This document shows, in pieces, positions 25,451-39,800 of a stretch of DNA of 64,000 nucleotides (position 1 is the first letter of the stretch; each line of letters begins with the position of its first letter). Source of the DNA: Paraspadella gotoi (lineage: Eukaryota; Animalia; Chaetognatha). The stretch spans positions 15,747,845-15,811,844 of the forward strand of contig CM119270.1 in NCBI GenBank assembly GCA_051294375.1, read 5' to 3'. Made by a program: the position numbers and the translations under genes. The notes under the pieces are model-generated. The model made no database searches and was not told the DNA's origin. It was given only the letters and a program-made list of their open reading frames with translations.

Positions 25451-28198
25451 GAGAGAGCTTCGATGAGCAGGCCGCAGTGACTCGGAGGACGATCGTTTCG
25501 ATGCGGCAAATGGAAGCGAACTCAGCACAAGAAAGACATACATTCATATAATTAATTAATAATACTTATTCTGTTAAATCAATATATATATTCAGTTTGA
25601 TGAAGAATTTCCAAGGGGAAAGACAGGAGGAGCGGTCTCATCTACGTAGACAAGGCCTCGCGTCTGCTATGGAAACAACGACGCCAAAGGAACACAGAGA
25701 AGACGAATGCGAGAAGAGGATGAAAAGAGTTGAGAAAGAAGAGGATGAGGAAGAGGAAGAGGAGGAAACGAAAGAGGTTGATTGGTAGAGAGGATGAAGA
25801 CGAGAAAAGAGTTGAAGGGAAATGAGTGAATTTGAGAGAGAAGGATGAAATAATAGAGAAAAAGGAAAAGGAAAAGGCTTGTGGAAGAGGAAAAGGGAAA
25901 AGAAAAGGCTAAGGATTAAGGAGGAAAAGGAAAAGTGATCAGGCAAAGGTTTGAGGAGAAAAAGGAAAATAGGAAAGGGAAGTGGAAAAGGCAAATGTTG
26001 AAAAAGAGGAAAAATTGAAAGGGAGAGGGAAATGGAAAAGGCAAATGGTTGAGGAAGAGAAAAAATGGAAAAGATGAAATGAAAAGGCAAAGGGTTGAGG
26101 AAGAGAAAAATGTAAAATGAAAAGGCAAAGGGTTGAAAAGAGAGGAAAATGGAAAGGGGAGAGGGAAATGGAAAAGGCAAATGATTAGAGGAGAAATGGA
26201 AAAATATAAAATGAAAAGGCAAAGAGTTGAGGAGAGAGGAAAATTGAAAGGGGAAGAGGGAAATGGAAAAGGCAATGATTGAGGAGAGGAAAATGGATAA
26301 AGATAAAATAGAAAAAGCAGAAAGGTTGAGGTAAGAGGAAAATGGTAAGGGGAGAGGGAAATGGAAAGGCAAATGGTTGAAGGAAGAGGAAATAGAAAAG
26401 ATAAAATGAAAAGGCAAAGGGTTGAGAAAGAGGAAAATGGAATAGGGAGACGGGAAATGGAAAAGGCAAATGGTAGAGGAAAAGGAAATAGAAAAGATAA
26501 ATGAAAAGGCAAAGTGTTGAGAAAGAGGAAAATGGAAAGGGGGAAGAGGGAATGAAAAGGCAAATGGTTTGAGGAGGAGGAAAATGGAAAGGGAAAATTG
26601 GAAAGGCAAAGGTTGAGGAAGAGGAAAATGGAAAGGGGAAATTGGAAAGGGAAAGACCTTAGACGGCAGGAAAATGAAAAAAAGGAAAATTGTAGTGTTG
26701 AGAAAGAGGAGAAAAAGAATTTAAGAAACGGGAGAAGGTGGAAAGGGAAGGTTAAGAAGAGTAGAATTGAAAACGTGGCGACGAGGAGCCGAGAGAGTAT
26801 TTTAGACGAGGGGGGAGGGGAAAAAAAGGGGAGGAGAGAGAGGAGATGTAGGAGAGAAGGATGAAGCGCGGGGAATCATAAAGAAGGAAACAGAGGAGGC
26901 GAACAGAGGGGAAATCGTTGAGTGGAGGTAGGACGAAAGGGTTGAGCGCTGAAACAAGTTTGTTGTAGAAGAGGACGAAATAAAGATAGAAAGAGTTTGA
27001 AATAATTAATGGGAACGAAATTAAAAAGACTACAAATACGAATCTGCGAAAACTGCGGAAGCTTTGCAAGGGAAGAGAAAGAAGAATTTGAAGAGGATAG
27101 ACTAGCTTGAAAGAAACGAAAGAATTTAAGATTGAAAGTTGAGAGAACAAAACGGATAAGGAAAGGATGAAGAAGTTGCGAGGCGAAAGGTGGGTAAGTT
27201 GGGAGAGTAGCAGGACGCAGATTGTAGAGAGAGAGATCCTAGGAACGATGGAGTGTGGAAAGTCGGGTAGAATAGGAGGGGGGGTAAATGCCGAGGGGGA
27301 AAAGGAGGAATGAGAAGTTTCCATGCCGACGGGTTGTAAGGAAAAGTCAACGATGGCTCGAAAAAGTGATTGGAAAATGGGAGGAGGGGATGGGTCATTG
27401 GGGCAGGTGATGGGTTGCGAGGAAAAGACTTATCTTTTAAATTGACTCGGATATATAACGACATTATAACGTTTTTTATTCGATGTAATAATTAGGTAAA
27501 CTAAAATTTTGGCATCAGGAAACTGATACAACGAGAGAAAGTGCGCAGAAAATTAGGTTTGTATGAAGAATTTCACTGTGCAAGCGGTTTAAAAAAAAAA
27601 TCGGACGACGAAAATACGGTTAGGAAAAAACCTGTAATACATTCAATGACGTCAAAGATATTTTTAATAAACAGACAGGAAATGCGTATTTATCAATAAA
27701 TGGTAAGAAGAGGAATAACAACCGCAAGAATAAGTTTAAATATGATGGAGGATTATTATATTTCCCAACAAATTAGATAAGGAGGGAAGTGAGCAAAGGA
27801 TCAGAACGTCAGAAAAAAATGGTTTAAATATTCGTAATGTTTGTCATAATGTGAAATATCATGAAAAATATTTTAAATACATCATCGATAAAAAGCCTAT
27901 TGCACAATGTCGCATTCCAATTTCGAAGCTTTCTATCTAGAAATTAAAGCTCAAATATTTTTGTACACTTTAAACCTAATTTTGATTAATTCACGTCAAT
28001 TGACTCGCAAAAAAAATTGATGAGATCGAACTCATTTCGATGTAATGATTTTTTAAATATAAGTCCCCGAACCGCTAATTCGATTATTCATTCTTTCTCT
28101 CTCTCTAGTGCTCTCTCTTTCCTCTTTCCCCCTTTTCTTATCTGACTCACCACTCACACCTCGCTTCCACCCTCTCATCATCAACTCCTAAGCACCAA

Positions 28199-28230
<32 letters not shown>

Positions 28231-28965
28231 CTCATCTCTCTCTCCTCTCTCTCCTCTCTCTCTCGTCATTTTCAACTTTCCAGCAGCCGCCGCTGCTCTC
28301 TGGGCTTCGTCCGACCGGTCGTTCATTCGAAAGGGGAAAGGGATGTAACAACGAAAACCGTTGAAGCGATGGTTTACTCGCGGACGGAAAACGTCGAACC
28401 GCGCGAGGAGAAAGTCATAGAAGCGAGAGAAAGGAGAAAGAGGGGAAAGAGAGGTAGAGATAGAGAAAGAAGAGACCGGTGGAACACAGGAAAAGAAAAC
28501 AGAAAAGACGAAAAAAGGGACAGTAAAGGGAGTTAGAAAGACAGTGATATAGTGAAAGCGACGGATGAGAAGAAAATACAGGGGGAAAAATAATTTTAAG
28601 AATTAGAAGAAAAAACGCAAAAATGAGACAGTGAAAGGTATGAGATAAAGTTTTTTTCACAGAGACAAATATAAAAGATATAGAAGAGATTTGAATGCTA
28701 TGTGTGGAAAAATAGAAAAAATGAATAAAGAAAAAAGAGAAAAATAAAAGAAAGAAGAAAAGAAAAGATAAGAAAGAAAAAGTAAAGAAAGAAAGAAAGA
28801 GAAAGAAACGAAGAAAAAGAAAAGAAAGAAAGAAAAGAAAGAAAATGAAAAGAAAGAAAGGACGTGGAAAGGAAAGAAAAGAGAAAGGGAAGATGGAAAG
28901 AGAGAGAGATAGTGAGAGAGAGTAAGACAAGACCGACAGAGATAGAAGAGAGAGAGAGAGAGAGT

Positions 28966-29040
<75 letters not shown>

Positions 29041-32000
29041 GGAGTATGAGGAGGTTGAGAGAGAGAGGATGTGCACGGAGAGACAGAAGAGTAGACAAGC
29101 GAGAGGGAGAGGAGGAACCGGCGGGCCCGCGCTTCTCTCTCTCTCAGTGTCCGGTAATTTTTCGCGCCGTCGTGGTTTCTTGCAGCATAAATTCATGACT
29201 GGCGTCACTGCGGCCTAACGCGGCGGAAACGTCTGCTGCTTATTTTCAGAAGAAGGCGTATGAACTTCTACTAGTTTGTCAATGGTTATAGAGAATTACG
29301 TATAACTGCACAAACGGATCCGCTTCTATAAGATCATGCGTTCTGTTCCCATTTTCTCGTTAATATACGTTTATCAATTTTTATAAGTATAATATAAAAT
29401 ATGATAAGCATTACGTTCGTTGAGAACGAATTAAATTCGAAAGTTGTGCCTCCAACTGAATCGAACGTGTCCGCAAACTTAACCGGATGACCCGTTCAAT
29501 GTTGCAAGCATAGGATGATAAATTAAGTATTTCTTGTAACTTACAACGCATCCATACAAACTTAATTTACAGAACTCTTTTAAAAATTTTTTTTTCTTTT
29601 TAAGGCCAATTTTATAACAATATTTAATTCCTTTTTTTTTTTAATAAATAAACGCAATAAGGTGATGAAATTAGTTACAAACAACATATTGAAAAGATAG
29701 ATTTTAAGTTTCCGATCAAATTAAAACAAATTCTATTTTTGTAAAACCTTATTGATACAAAATAAATTTTTATTTAAGTGATTTATTTGTTTTAACTTTC
29801 ATTTTATTCGGGTAAAAAAAAGGAACTTGTATGTAAATCAATATATACAATATTAAACCTTTATTTTATGCTAAATGCCCAGCCTCCACAAACAAACAGG
29901 TTTTTTAATATAATAACAAGTTTTGAAAATGTTAATTTATTTTCCTTTTCAACTTAAGTTAAAGATTTCACAGCTTTAAAGATTAAATATCCTATACCAA
30001 GTAGTTAATAATTAACATTTATATTCATCAGTAGCTTTTAATTCAAACGGTAAACAGACCTATTAATGTTTTCTTAAGACCTAAAACTTTAAGGTAAAAA
30101 AAAAATATTTCAAAAATAATGGTTATACAAACAACAATTATAATAATAATAATTATTAATAATAATAATTATTATTATTATAATAAATATATAAATAAAT
30201 AAATAATATAATATTAATAATAAATATAATATAAATTTAATAATAATAATAATAATAAATATAATTAATAATAATAAATAATAACACAAAATTTGGACTT
30301 TTCAGAAACAATCCACTTTGTTTCCCTACCCCTGCTCTCTCTCTCCTCGCCCTGTTTCCTTTCGCTTCGACGCGGTGCAAACTATAATCTTATTAACAAT
30401 TCCTTTGGATCTCCACCCAGAAGTATCACAGAAGCTCATTGGTCACACCGCCGTTTGGTCAACACGCTATTCCGCTTTCAGCCTCTCGAGTGAACGCCTA
30501 ATACTGAATTCCTTCATTCCTATTCGCTGCACGTCTCTAACAGAGGAAGACTCTCTCATAATGCTCGTCTCTCGTTGGCTAAAAGTTGTCTCCGCACGCT
30601 TTTTTCACTCGGTCTTTGGGCTCCAGCTGGTTCGTCACTGAGCCGAATTCTCATCCTGACATAAATTGCGACACGCTGACGTATTTTCGATAAGCTTCTC
30701 TGGTTGTCGATTCAAAGAAGAAAAGAAATCCTATTGGTGGAATGAAATAGTTTCAAAAGTACCGTGTTGTTTATCTTAAAGCATAGAGTGATGACTTAGC
30801 TAAAAATAATAGAAAAAATTGTAGTCCCAATCCTGAAGCGTATATGTTTTTGATAACTCTCAATTCTTTCAATTTTAGTTGGGTTCAAACATCGGTCATC
30901 ATAGGATTGGGTAATTGCTTACTTTTCAACGTTAATGCACGTTCCATTGAATCTTCGAATGCTTCACTTCTTTTAATTCTTATTTTTTAACTATTTTTAT
31001 TCTTGGCTGTTTTCTTGATTATACGGTATATGTTCAGAAGTATATAATCAGTGCTTGCTCGGGTGCCGCAATGTAACAAGAAATTGGATGATGGTTAGAT
31101 TGAAAAATTTACATCTTAAAAGGACCAACACTCCACACGCTTTTACCGTAAACGGATAAGCAGTTTGTTTATTAATTATGAAATTTTGCAAATTACTTGT
31201 TTCACTATTTTCTATTCTATATTTTATGAAGGATTTACTATTTAATCTATATTCTTTAAATAATATATGTATTGCTTTCCTTAATTTTTTTACTTATCAT
31301 TATATCTAATACTCATTTTGGGAGGAGAAGTCAGTGTTTGTCCTTCTGGAAAATAGCAGGGAGCATCCTATAACAACACAAGGTTAGATTTTACATTTCG
31401 TCCTCGTTTTCTATTAGATATCACACAAGCATTCGCTGTTAGAAAGTCATTAATGAAAATCACATAATATCTAATAGGCTGAAAAGAAAGGGTGGGAATG
31501 GATAAATTTTTTTGAAGGGGGGACCAAAGTGGATTTTTTTTACCATAGGGATAAGACTAACCAAGTAGAATCATATGTTTTGATAGGGATACATACTGGG
31601 GAAAGGTCTATAAGGGCAACCTTTATGTCATGAATATAATTTGTTTAAAATACTTCAATGAAAATTTTTTTTTCTTTATCCTATTTTAAATTATTTTAAT
31701 TTTTTGAAATATTTTTTCTCTTTGATGTTTATACAATGGGAAGGTCATAGTTGGGATCCTATATCCTTTTATGGATTTTCGGCTGCTTTATATTTACAGC
31801 TAAATTGTTGAAAGCATTCGATTTATAAAATTTAGAATCAATATAATTTGGAAAGAAAACGAAAAAAATATACATTAAATTTTTTTTTATGCTATGGAAT
31901 CAAGCTTAACAGAGTTACTTTTTTACACCAGTACAGAACCTTTCCACTCCATGAAAAAATGAACTTTAAAGGGAACAGAAAGGGTTTTTAACTTTGGAAG

Positions 32001-33317
32001 ATCGGAAACCCTAGAAATTCATTAGAAAATCGACCGTTGGCGTCCTAATTCGATCACTTTGTAGAAATAACCAAATAAAAAAAAGATTCATAAAAATCAA
32101 TAATTATAATCATTATTTTCATAGCTAAGAACTTATAATGAAGAAAATTTCGGGCATTGTATAAAATAAAACAGTAAAATAAACGAATTTCGTGTAAAGT
32201 TACAGATTTGAAAGCCCTTAATGTGTAACTGTCAGTTAAGAAGACATTCAAAGTCATCATTCCCATAGTTTAATAAACTTTTTAACGACAGACTTCTTAA
32301 CTATGCAGATTTTTCTCTATTCCATAAGAGGGACGTTAAGAATAACACAAAAATGAGAAGAAAGTTTAACCTGCGTAAATGCGAGAAATGAAAAAAAACA
32401 TCTTTTGACTAACTATTCATTATGGAAAAAATCTTATTTTTTCATTCGTATAACAGAATACGTAGTAATTATAATAAACATTTTTTTAAACCTAATGAAA
32501 AAGAAAGGGGCAATAAATAACCGAGTCAAGAAGACAACCTCATATTCCAAACTGGCAAAGCTTCCATAAATATTGTAAAAAAAGTTGTTTATAAGGAAAG
32601 CAAAAGTAGGAGAGTCATTTTCCACTGCAACCAAACAGAAATCTTTAAATCAAAAAGAAAAAAAATACAAAAGGAGAAAGAACGAAGTCCATAGTTTGGT
32701 GATGTTCTTCAAACGAGCAGTAAACTTGATTGGTCCTCACTTCATGGTTTTCTTCCAAATTTTCGACGTTTTTTTAGTGTCGCCTTATGTCGGTAGAAGT
32801 GAAACAAAAGTGAATCGATAAGTTGCGCGTAAGCTCGGAAACAAAGTCGATGAAATTAAAATCATCGAATAAAAAAAATATTCAGAACATTGATTTTTAA
32901 ACAAAGACAATTTCCAGAAAATCTTGCAACGCATAACACATAAACATATTCAATGGCGGTCAATTATGAAAAGAGTCTGGTGCTTCAATTAGTCATATCA
33001 CAAGGGGAATATTATCATGTCTAAATAGTTAAGTATTATAATTTTCAAGACTAGGAGAAACTAGAAGAAAGAAGAATTTAGTTGACAAAAAAGTAAGTGA
33101 GCAGAATGTGGAGAAATTAAAAGCGTTTTTTTGAATTCAGGCGAAGAAAACATTAAACATCAAATGGTCGATTTGAGGAGAATAGAACAGGCAAAAAAAA
33201 AGAATTTTAACGAAATTAATTATAAACGCCCTTAGTCGTTTTAGGGGCAAAATAATAATTAAAAAAAAACTATAGACGGGTGAAAAAAATTTGTAAATCG
33301 ATTAAAAAAATCCTTTA
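25451..33317 (+). repeat. ~7.8-kb tandem duplication, copy 1
   Basis: Runs from gagagagcttcgatgagcaggccgcag to aaaatccttta; colinear with 33343-40978, differing mostly by small indels. Confidence 0.95.
25860..26700 (+). repeat. Purine-rich minisatellite (alternating ~51- and ~45-bp units)
   Basis: Units gaggaagaggaaaatggaaaggggagagggaaatggaaaaggcaaatggtt and gaggaagaggaaaatggaaaagatgaaatgaaaaggcaaagggtt; repeated at ~33750-34600. Confidence 0.85.
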
Positions 33318-33342
33318 NNNNNNNNNNNNNNNNNNNNNNNNN
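33318..33342. other. Assembly gap (25 N) between the duplicate copies
   Basis: N run. Confidence 0.99.
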
Positions 33343-36068
33343 GAGAGAGGCTTCGATGAACAGGCCGCAGTGACTCGGAGGACGATCGTTCGATGCGGCA
33401 AATGGAAGCGAACTCAGCACAAGAAAGACATACATTCATATAATTAATTAATAATACTTATTCTGTTAATCAATATATATATTCAGTTTGATGAAGAATT
33501 TCCAAGGGGAAAGACAGGAGGAGCGGTCTCATCTACGTAGAAGCGCTCGCGTTGCTATGGAAACAACGACGCCAAAGGAACACAGAGAAGACGGATGCGA
33601 GGAAGAGGATGAAAAGGGTTGAGAAGAAGAGGATGAGGAAGAGGAAGAGGAGGAAAACGAAAGAGTTGATTGGTAGAGAGAGAATGAAGACGAGAAAAGA
33701 GTTGAAGGGAAGATGAGTGAATTGAGAGAGAAGGATGAAATAATAGAGAAAAAGGAAAAGGGAAAAGGCTGTGGAAGAGGAAAAGGGAAAAGAAAAAGGC
33801 TAAGGATTAAGGAGGAGGGAAAAGGAAAAAAGTGATAGGCAAAGGTTTGAGGAGGAAAAGGAAAATAGGAAAGGGAAATGGAAAAGGCAAATGGTTGAAG
33901 AAGAGGAAAATGGAAAGGGGAGAGGGAAATGGAAAAGGCAAATGGTTGAGGAAGAGGAAAATGGAAAAGATGAAATGAAAAGGCAAAGGGTTGAGGAAGA
34001 GGAAAATGAAAAATGTAAAATGAAAAGGCAAAGGGTTGAAGAAGAGGAAAATGGAAAGGGGAGAGGGAAATGGAAAAGGCAAATGATTGATGAGGAGGAA
34101 AATGGAAAATATAAAATGAAAAGGCAAAGAGTTGAGGAAGAGGAAAATTGAAAGGGGAGAGGGAAATGGAAAAGGCAAATGATTGAGGAAGAGGAAAATG
34201 GAAAAGATAAAATGAAAAAGCAAAAGGTTGAGGAAGAGGAAAATGGAAAGGGGAGAGGGAAAATGGAAAGGCAAATGGGTTGAGGAGGAAGAGGAAAATA
34301 GAAAAGATAAAAATGAAAAGGCAAAGGGTTGAGAAAGAGGAAAAAGGGTGGAATCAGGGGAGAGGGAAAGGAAAAGGCAATGGTAGAGGAAGAAGAGGAA
34401 ATAGAAATAGATTAAATGAACAAGGCAAAGTGTTGAGAAAGAGGAAAATGGAAAGGGGAGAGGGAAATGGAAAAGGCAAATGGTTGAGGAGGAGGAAAAT
34501 GGAAAGGGAAAATTGGAAAGGCAAAGGGTTGAGGAAGAGGAAAATGGAAAGGGGAAATTGGAAAGGGAAAGACTTAGACGGCAGGAAAATGAAAAAAAGG
34601 AAAATTGGTAGTGTTGAGAAAGAGGAGAAAAAGAATTTAAGACGGTGAGAAGGTGGAAAAGGGAAGGTTAAGAGAAGTAGAATGAAAACGTGGCGACGAG
34701 GAGCGAGAGAGATTTTAGACGAGGGGGAGGGGGAAAGGGGAGGAGAGAGAGGGATGAGGAGAGAAGGATGAAAGCGCGGGGAATCATAAAGAAGGAAACA
34801 GAGGAGGCGACAGAGGGGAAATCGTTGAGGGAGGTAGGACGAAAGGGTTGAGCGCTGAACAAGTTTGTTGTAGAAGAGGACGAAATAAAAAGAGTTTGAA
34901 ATAATTAATGGGAACGAAATTAAAAGAACTACAAATACGAATCTGCGAAAACGCGGAAGGTTTGAAGGGAAGAGAAAGAAGAAATTTGAAGAGGATAGAC
35001 TAGCTTGAAAGAAACGAAAGAATTTAAAGATTGAAAGTTGAGAGAACAAAACGGATAAGGAAAGGATGAAGAAGTTGCGAGGCGAAAGGTGGTAATTGGG
35101 AGAGTAGCAGGACGCAGATTGGTAGAGAGAGAGATCCTAGGAACGATGGAGTGTGGAAAGTCGGGTAGAATAAGGAGGGGGGGTATAATGCCGAGGGGGA
35201 AAAGGAGGAATGGAAGTTCCATGCCGACGGGTTGAAGGAAGCAAATGTCAACGATGGGCTCGAAAAAGTGATTGGAAAATGCGGAGGAGGGGATGGGTCA
35301 TTGGGCAGGCTATGGGTGGGTTGCGAGGAAAAGACTTATCTTTTAAATTGACTCGGATATATAACGACATTATAACGTTTTTATTCGATGTAATAATTAG
35401 GTAAACTAAAATTTTTGGCATCAGGAACTGATACAACGAGAGAAGTCGCAGAAAATTAGGTTGTAGAAGATTTCACTGTGCAAGCGGTTAAAAAAAAAAT
35501 CGGACGACGAAATACGGTTAGAAAAAAAACCTGTAATACATTCAATGACGTCAAGATATTTTTAATAAAAACAGAAATGGTATTTATCAATAAATGTAAG
35601 AAGAGAATAAAACACCCAAGAATAAGTCTTAAATATGATGAGATTATTATATTTCCAACAAATTAATAAGGAGGGAAGTGACAAAGATCAGAACGTCAGA
35701 AAAAAATGTTTAAAATATTTGTATGTTTGTCATAATTGAAATATCATGAAAAATATTTTAAAATACATCATCGAAAAAGCCTATTGCACAATGTCGCATT
35801 CAATTCGAAGCTTTCTATCTAGAAATTAAAGCTCAAATATTTTGTACACTTTACCTAATTTTGATTAATTCACGCATATGACTCGCAAAAAAAATTGATT
35901 GAGATCGAACTCATTTCGATGTAATATTTAAATAAAGTCCCCGAACCGCTAATTCGCTTATTTCATTCTTTCTCTCTCTCTATCTCTCTCTCTTTCCTCT
36001 TTCCCCCTTTTCTTCGACTCACCACCACCACCCCTTCCACCCTCCATCATCACTCCTAAGCACCAACC

Positions 36069-36130
<62 letters not shown>

Positions 36131-36596
36131 ATTTCAACTTTCCAGCAGCCGCCGCTGCTCTGCTTCGTCCGACCGGTCGTTCATTCGAAAGGGGAAAGGG
36201 ATGTAACAACGAAAACCGTTGAGCGATGGTTACTCGCGGACGGAAACGCGAACCGCGCGAGAGAAAGTCATAGAAGCGAGAGAAGGAGAAAGAGGGAAAG
36301 AGAGAGTGAGAGATAGAGAAAGAAAGAGACGGTGGAACACAGGAAAAGAAACAGAAAAAGACGAAAAAAAGGACAGTAAAAGGGAGTTAGAAAGACAGTG
36401 GATATAGGTGAAAGCGACGGATGAGAAGAAAATAAAGGGGGAAAAAATTTTAGAATTAGAAAGAAAGAACGCAAAATGAGACAGTGAAAGGTATGAGATA
36501 AAGTTTTTTCACAGAGACAAAATAAAGATATAGAAGAGATTGCTCTATGTTTGGGAAAAATAGAAAAAAATGAAATAAGAAAAAAGAGAAAAATAA

Positions 36597-36676
<80 letters not shown>

Positions 36677-36800
36677 AAAAAAGAAAGAAAGAAAGAAAGA
36701 AAAATGAAAGAAAGAAAGGACGTGGAAAGGAAAGAAAAAGAGAAAGGGAGATGGAAAGAGAGAGAGATAGTGAGAGAGAGTAAGACAGACCGACAGAGAT

Positions 36801-36853
<53 letters not shown>

Positions 36854-39800
36854 GGGAGTATGAGGAGGTTGAGAGAGAGAGGATGTGACGGAGAGACAGA
36901 GAGTGAGACAGCGAGAGGGAGAGGAGGAACCGCGGCCGCGCTTCTCTCTCTCGGTCGGTATTTTTCGCCGCTGGTTTCTGCAGCATAAATTCATGCTGCG
37001 TCACTGCGCCTGCGCGGCGGAACGCTGCTCCTTATTTTGCAGAAGAAGGCGTATGACTTCTACTAGTTTGTCATGGTTATAGAGATTACGTATAACTGCA
37101 CAAACGGATCCGCTTCTATAAGTCATCGTTCTGTTCCCATTTCTCGTTAATATAGTATTATCAATATAAGTATAATATAAAATATGATAAGCATTAGTTC
37201 GTTGAGAAACGAATTAATTCGAAGTTGTGCTCCCAACTGAATCGAACGTGTCCGCAACTTAACCGGATGACCGTTGCAATGTTGCAAGCATAGGATGATA
37301 AATTAAGTATTTTGTAACTTTACAACGCATCATACAAACTTATTTACAGAACTCTTTTAAAATTTTTTTTTCTTTTTAAGCCAATTTTATAACAATATTT
37401 AATCTTTTTTTTTTAATAAATAAACGCAATAGGTATGAAATTGTTACAACTAATTTGAAAGATAATTTTACAGTTCCGATCAAATTAAAACAAATTCTAT
37501 TTTTGTAAACCTTATTGATACAAAATAAATTTATTTTAAGTGATTTATTTGTTTTACTTTATTTTATCGGGTAAAAAAAGGAATTGTATGTAAATCATAT
37601 ATACAATATTAACCTTTATTTTATGCTAATTGCCAGCCTCCACAAACAAACAGGTTTTTAAATATAAACAATTTTAAAATGTTAATTTATTTTCTTTCAA
37701 CTTAGATTAAAGATTTCAGCTTTAAAAGATTAAAATATCCTATTACCAAGTAGTTAATAATTACATTTATATTCATCAGTAGCTTTAATTCAAACGGTAA
37801 ACAGACCTATATGTTTTCTTAACTAAACTTTAAGGTAAAAAAAAAATTATTTCAAAAATAATGGTATAAACAACAATTATAATAATAATAATTATTATAA
37901 TAATAATTATTATTATTATAATAAATATATAAATAAATAATAAATATAATATTAATAATAAATATAATAATAAATTTAATAATAATAATAATAATAAATA
38001 TATTAATAATAATAATAATAACACAAAATTTGACTTTTCAGAAAACAATCCACTTTGTTTCCCTACCCCTCTCTCTCTCTCCTCGCCCTGTTCCTTTCCC
38101 TTCGACGCGGTGCACACTTACTCTTATTAACAATTCTTTGGATCTCCACCCAGAAGTATCACAGAAGCTCATTGGTCACCATCCGCCGTTTGTCAACACG
38201 CTATTCGCTTTCAAGCCTCTCGAGTTGAACGCCTAATACTGAATTCCTTCATTCCTATTCGCTGCCCGTCTCTAACAGAGGAAGACTCTCTCAAATGCTC
38301 GTCTCTCGTTGGCTGAAGTTGTCTCCGCACGCTTTTCATCGGTCTTTGGGCTCCACTGGTTCGTCACTGAGCCGAATTCTCATCCTGACATAAATTGCGA
38401 CACGCTGACGTATTTTGCGAAAGCTTCTCTGGTTGGTCGATTCAAAGAAAGAAAAGAAATCCTATTGGTGGGAATGAAATAGTTCAGTCACCGTGTTGTT
38501 CTCTAAACATGAGTGATGACTAGCTAAAAATAATAGAAAAAATTGTAGTCCAATCCTGAAGCGTATATGTTTTGAACTCTCAATTCTTCAATTTTAGTTG
38601 GTTCAAACATCGGTCAATCATAGGATTGGGTAATTGCTTACTTTCAACGTTAATGCACGTTACCATTAATCTTCGAATCGCTTCACTTCTTTTTAATTCT
38701 TATTTTTAACTTTTTTATTCTTGCTGTTTTCTTGATTATACGGTATATGTTCAGAGTACTATAAAATCAGTCGTTGCTCGGGTGCCGCAATGTACAGAAA
38801 TTGGATGATGTTAGATTGAAAAATTTACATCTTAAAGGACCACACTCCACACGCTTTTACCGTAAACGGATAAGCAGTTTTGTTTATTAATTATGAAAAT
38901 TTGCAAATTACTTGTTTCACTATTTTCTATTTCTATATTTTATGAAGGATTTACTATTTAATCTATATTCTTTAAATATATATGTATTGCTTTCTTAAAT
39001 TTTTTTACTTATCATTATATCTAATAACTCATTTTGGGAAGGAGAAGTCAGTGTTGTCTTCTGGAAATAGAGGGAGCATCTATACAACACAAGGTTAGAT
39101 TACATTTCGTCCTCGTTTTCTAATAGATATCACACAACATTCCTGTTAGAAAGTCATTAATGAAAAATCATAATATCTAATAGGCTGAAAAGAAAGGGGT
39201 GGGAATGGATAATTTTTTGAGAGGGGACCAAAGTTGATTTTTTTTACCAATAGGGATAAGACTACCAAGTAGAATCATATGTTCTGATAGGGATACATAC
39301 TGGGGAAAGGTCTATAGGGGCACCTTTATGTCATGAATATAATTTGAAAATACTTCAATGAAAATTTTTTTTTCTTTATCCTATTTTTTAATTATTTTAT
39401 TTTTGAATATTTTTCTCTTTGATGTTTATACAATGGGAAGGTCATCAGTTGGGATCCTATACCCTTTATGGATTTCGGCTCTTTATATTACAGCTAAATT
39501 GTTGAAACATTCGATTATAAATTTAGAATCAATATAATTTGGAAAGAAAACGAAAAAAATATTACATTAATTTTTTTTTATGCTATGGATCAAGCTTAAC
39601 AGAGTTACTTTTTTACACCAGTACAGGAACCTTTCCACTCATGAAAAAATGAACTTTAAGGGAACAGAAAGTTTTTACTTTGGAAGATCGGAAACCCTAG
39701 AAATTCATTAGAAAACGACCGTTGGCGTCCAATTCGATCACTTTGTAGAAAATAACCAAATAAAAAAAAAGATTCATAAAAATCATAATTATAATCAAAT

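Noticed and set aside
25860-26700. Regularly spaced repeats suggesting a CRISPR array
   Set aside because: No unique spacers, no cas genes, eukaryotic context.
23485-29208. Many Leu/Ser/Phe- or Glu/Arg-rich ORFs up to 323 aa (also at 33800-37100)
   Set aside because: Products of (GA)n and purine minisatellites; frames are not conserved between the two duplicate copies.
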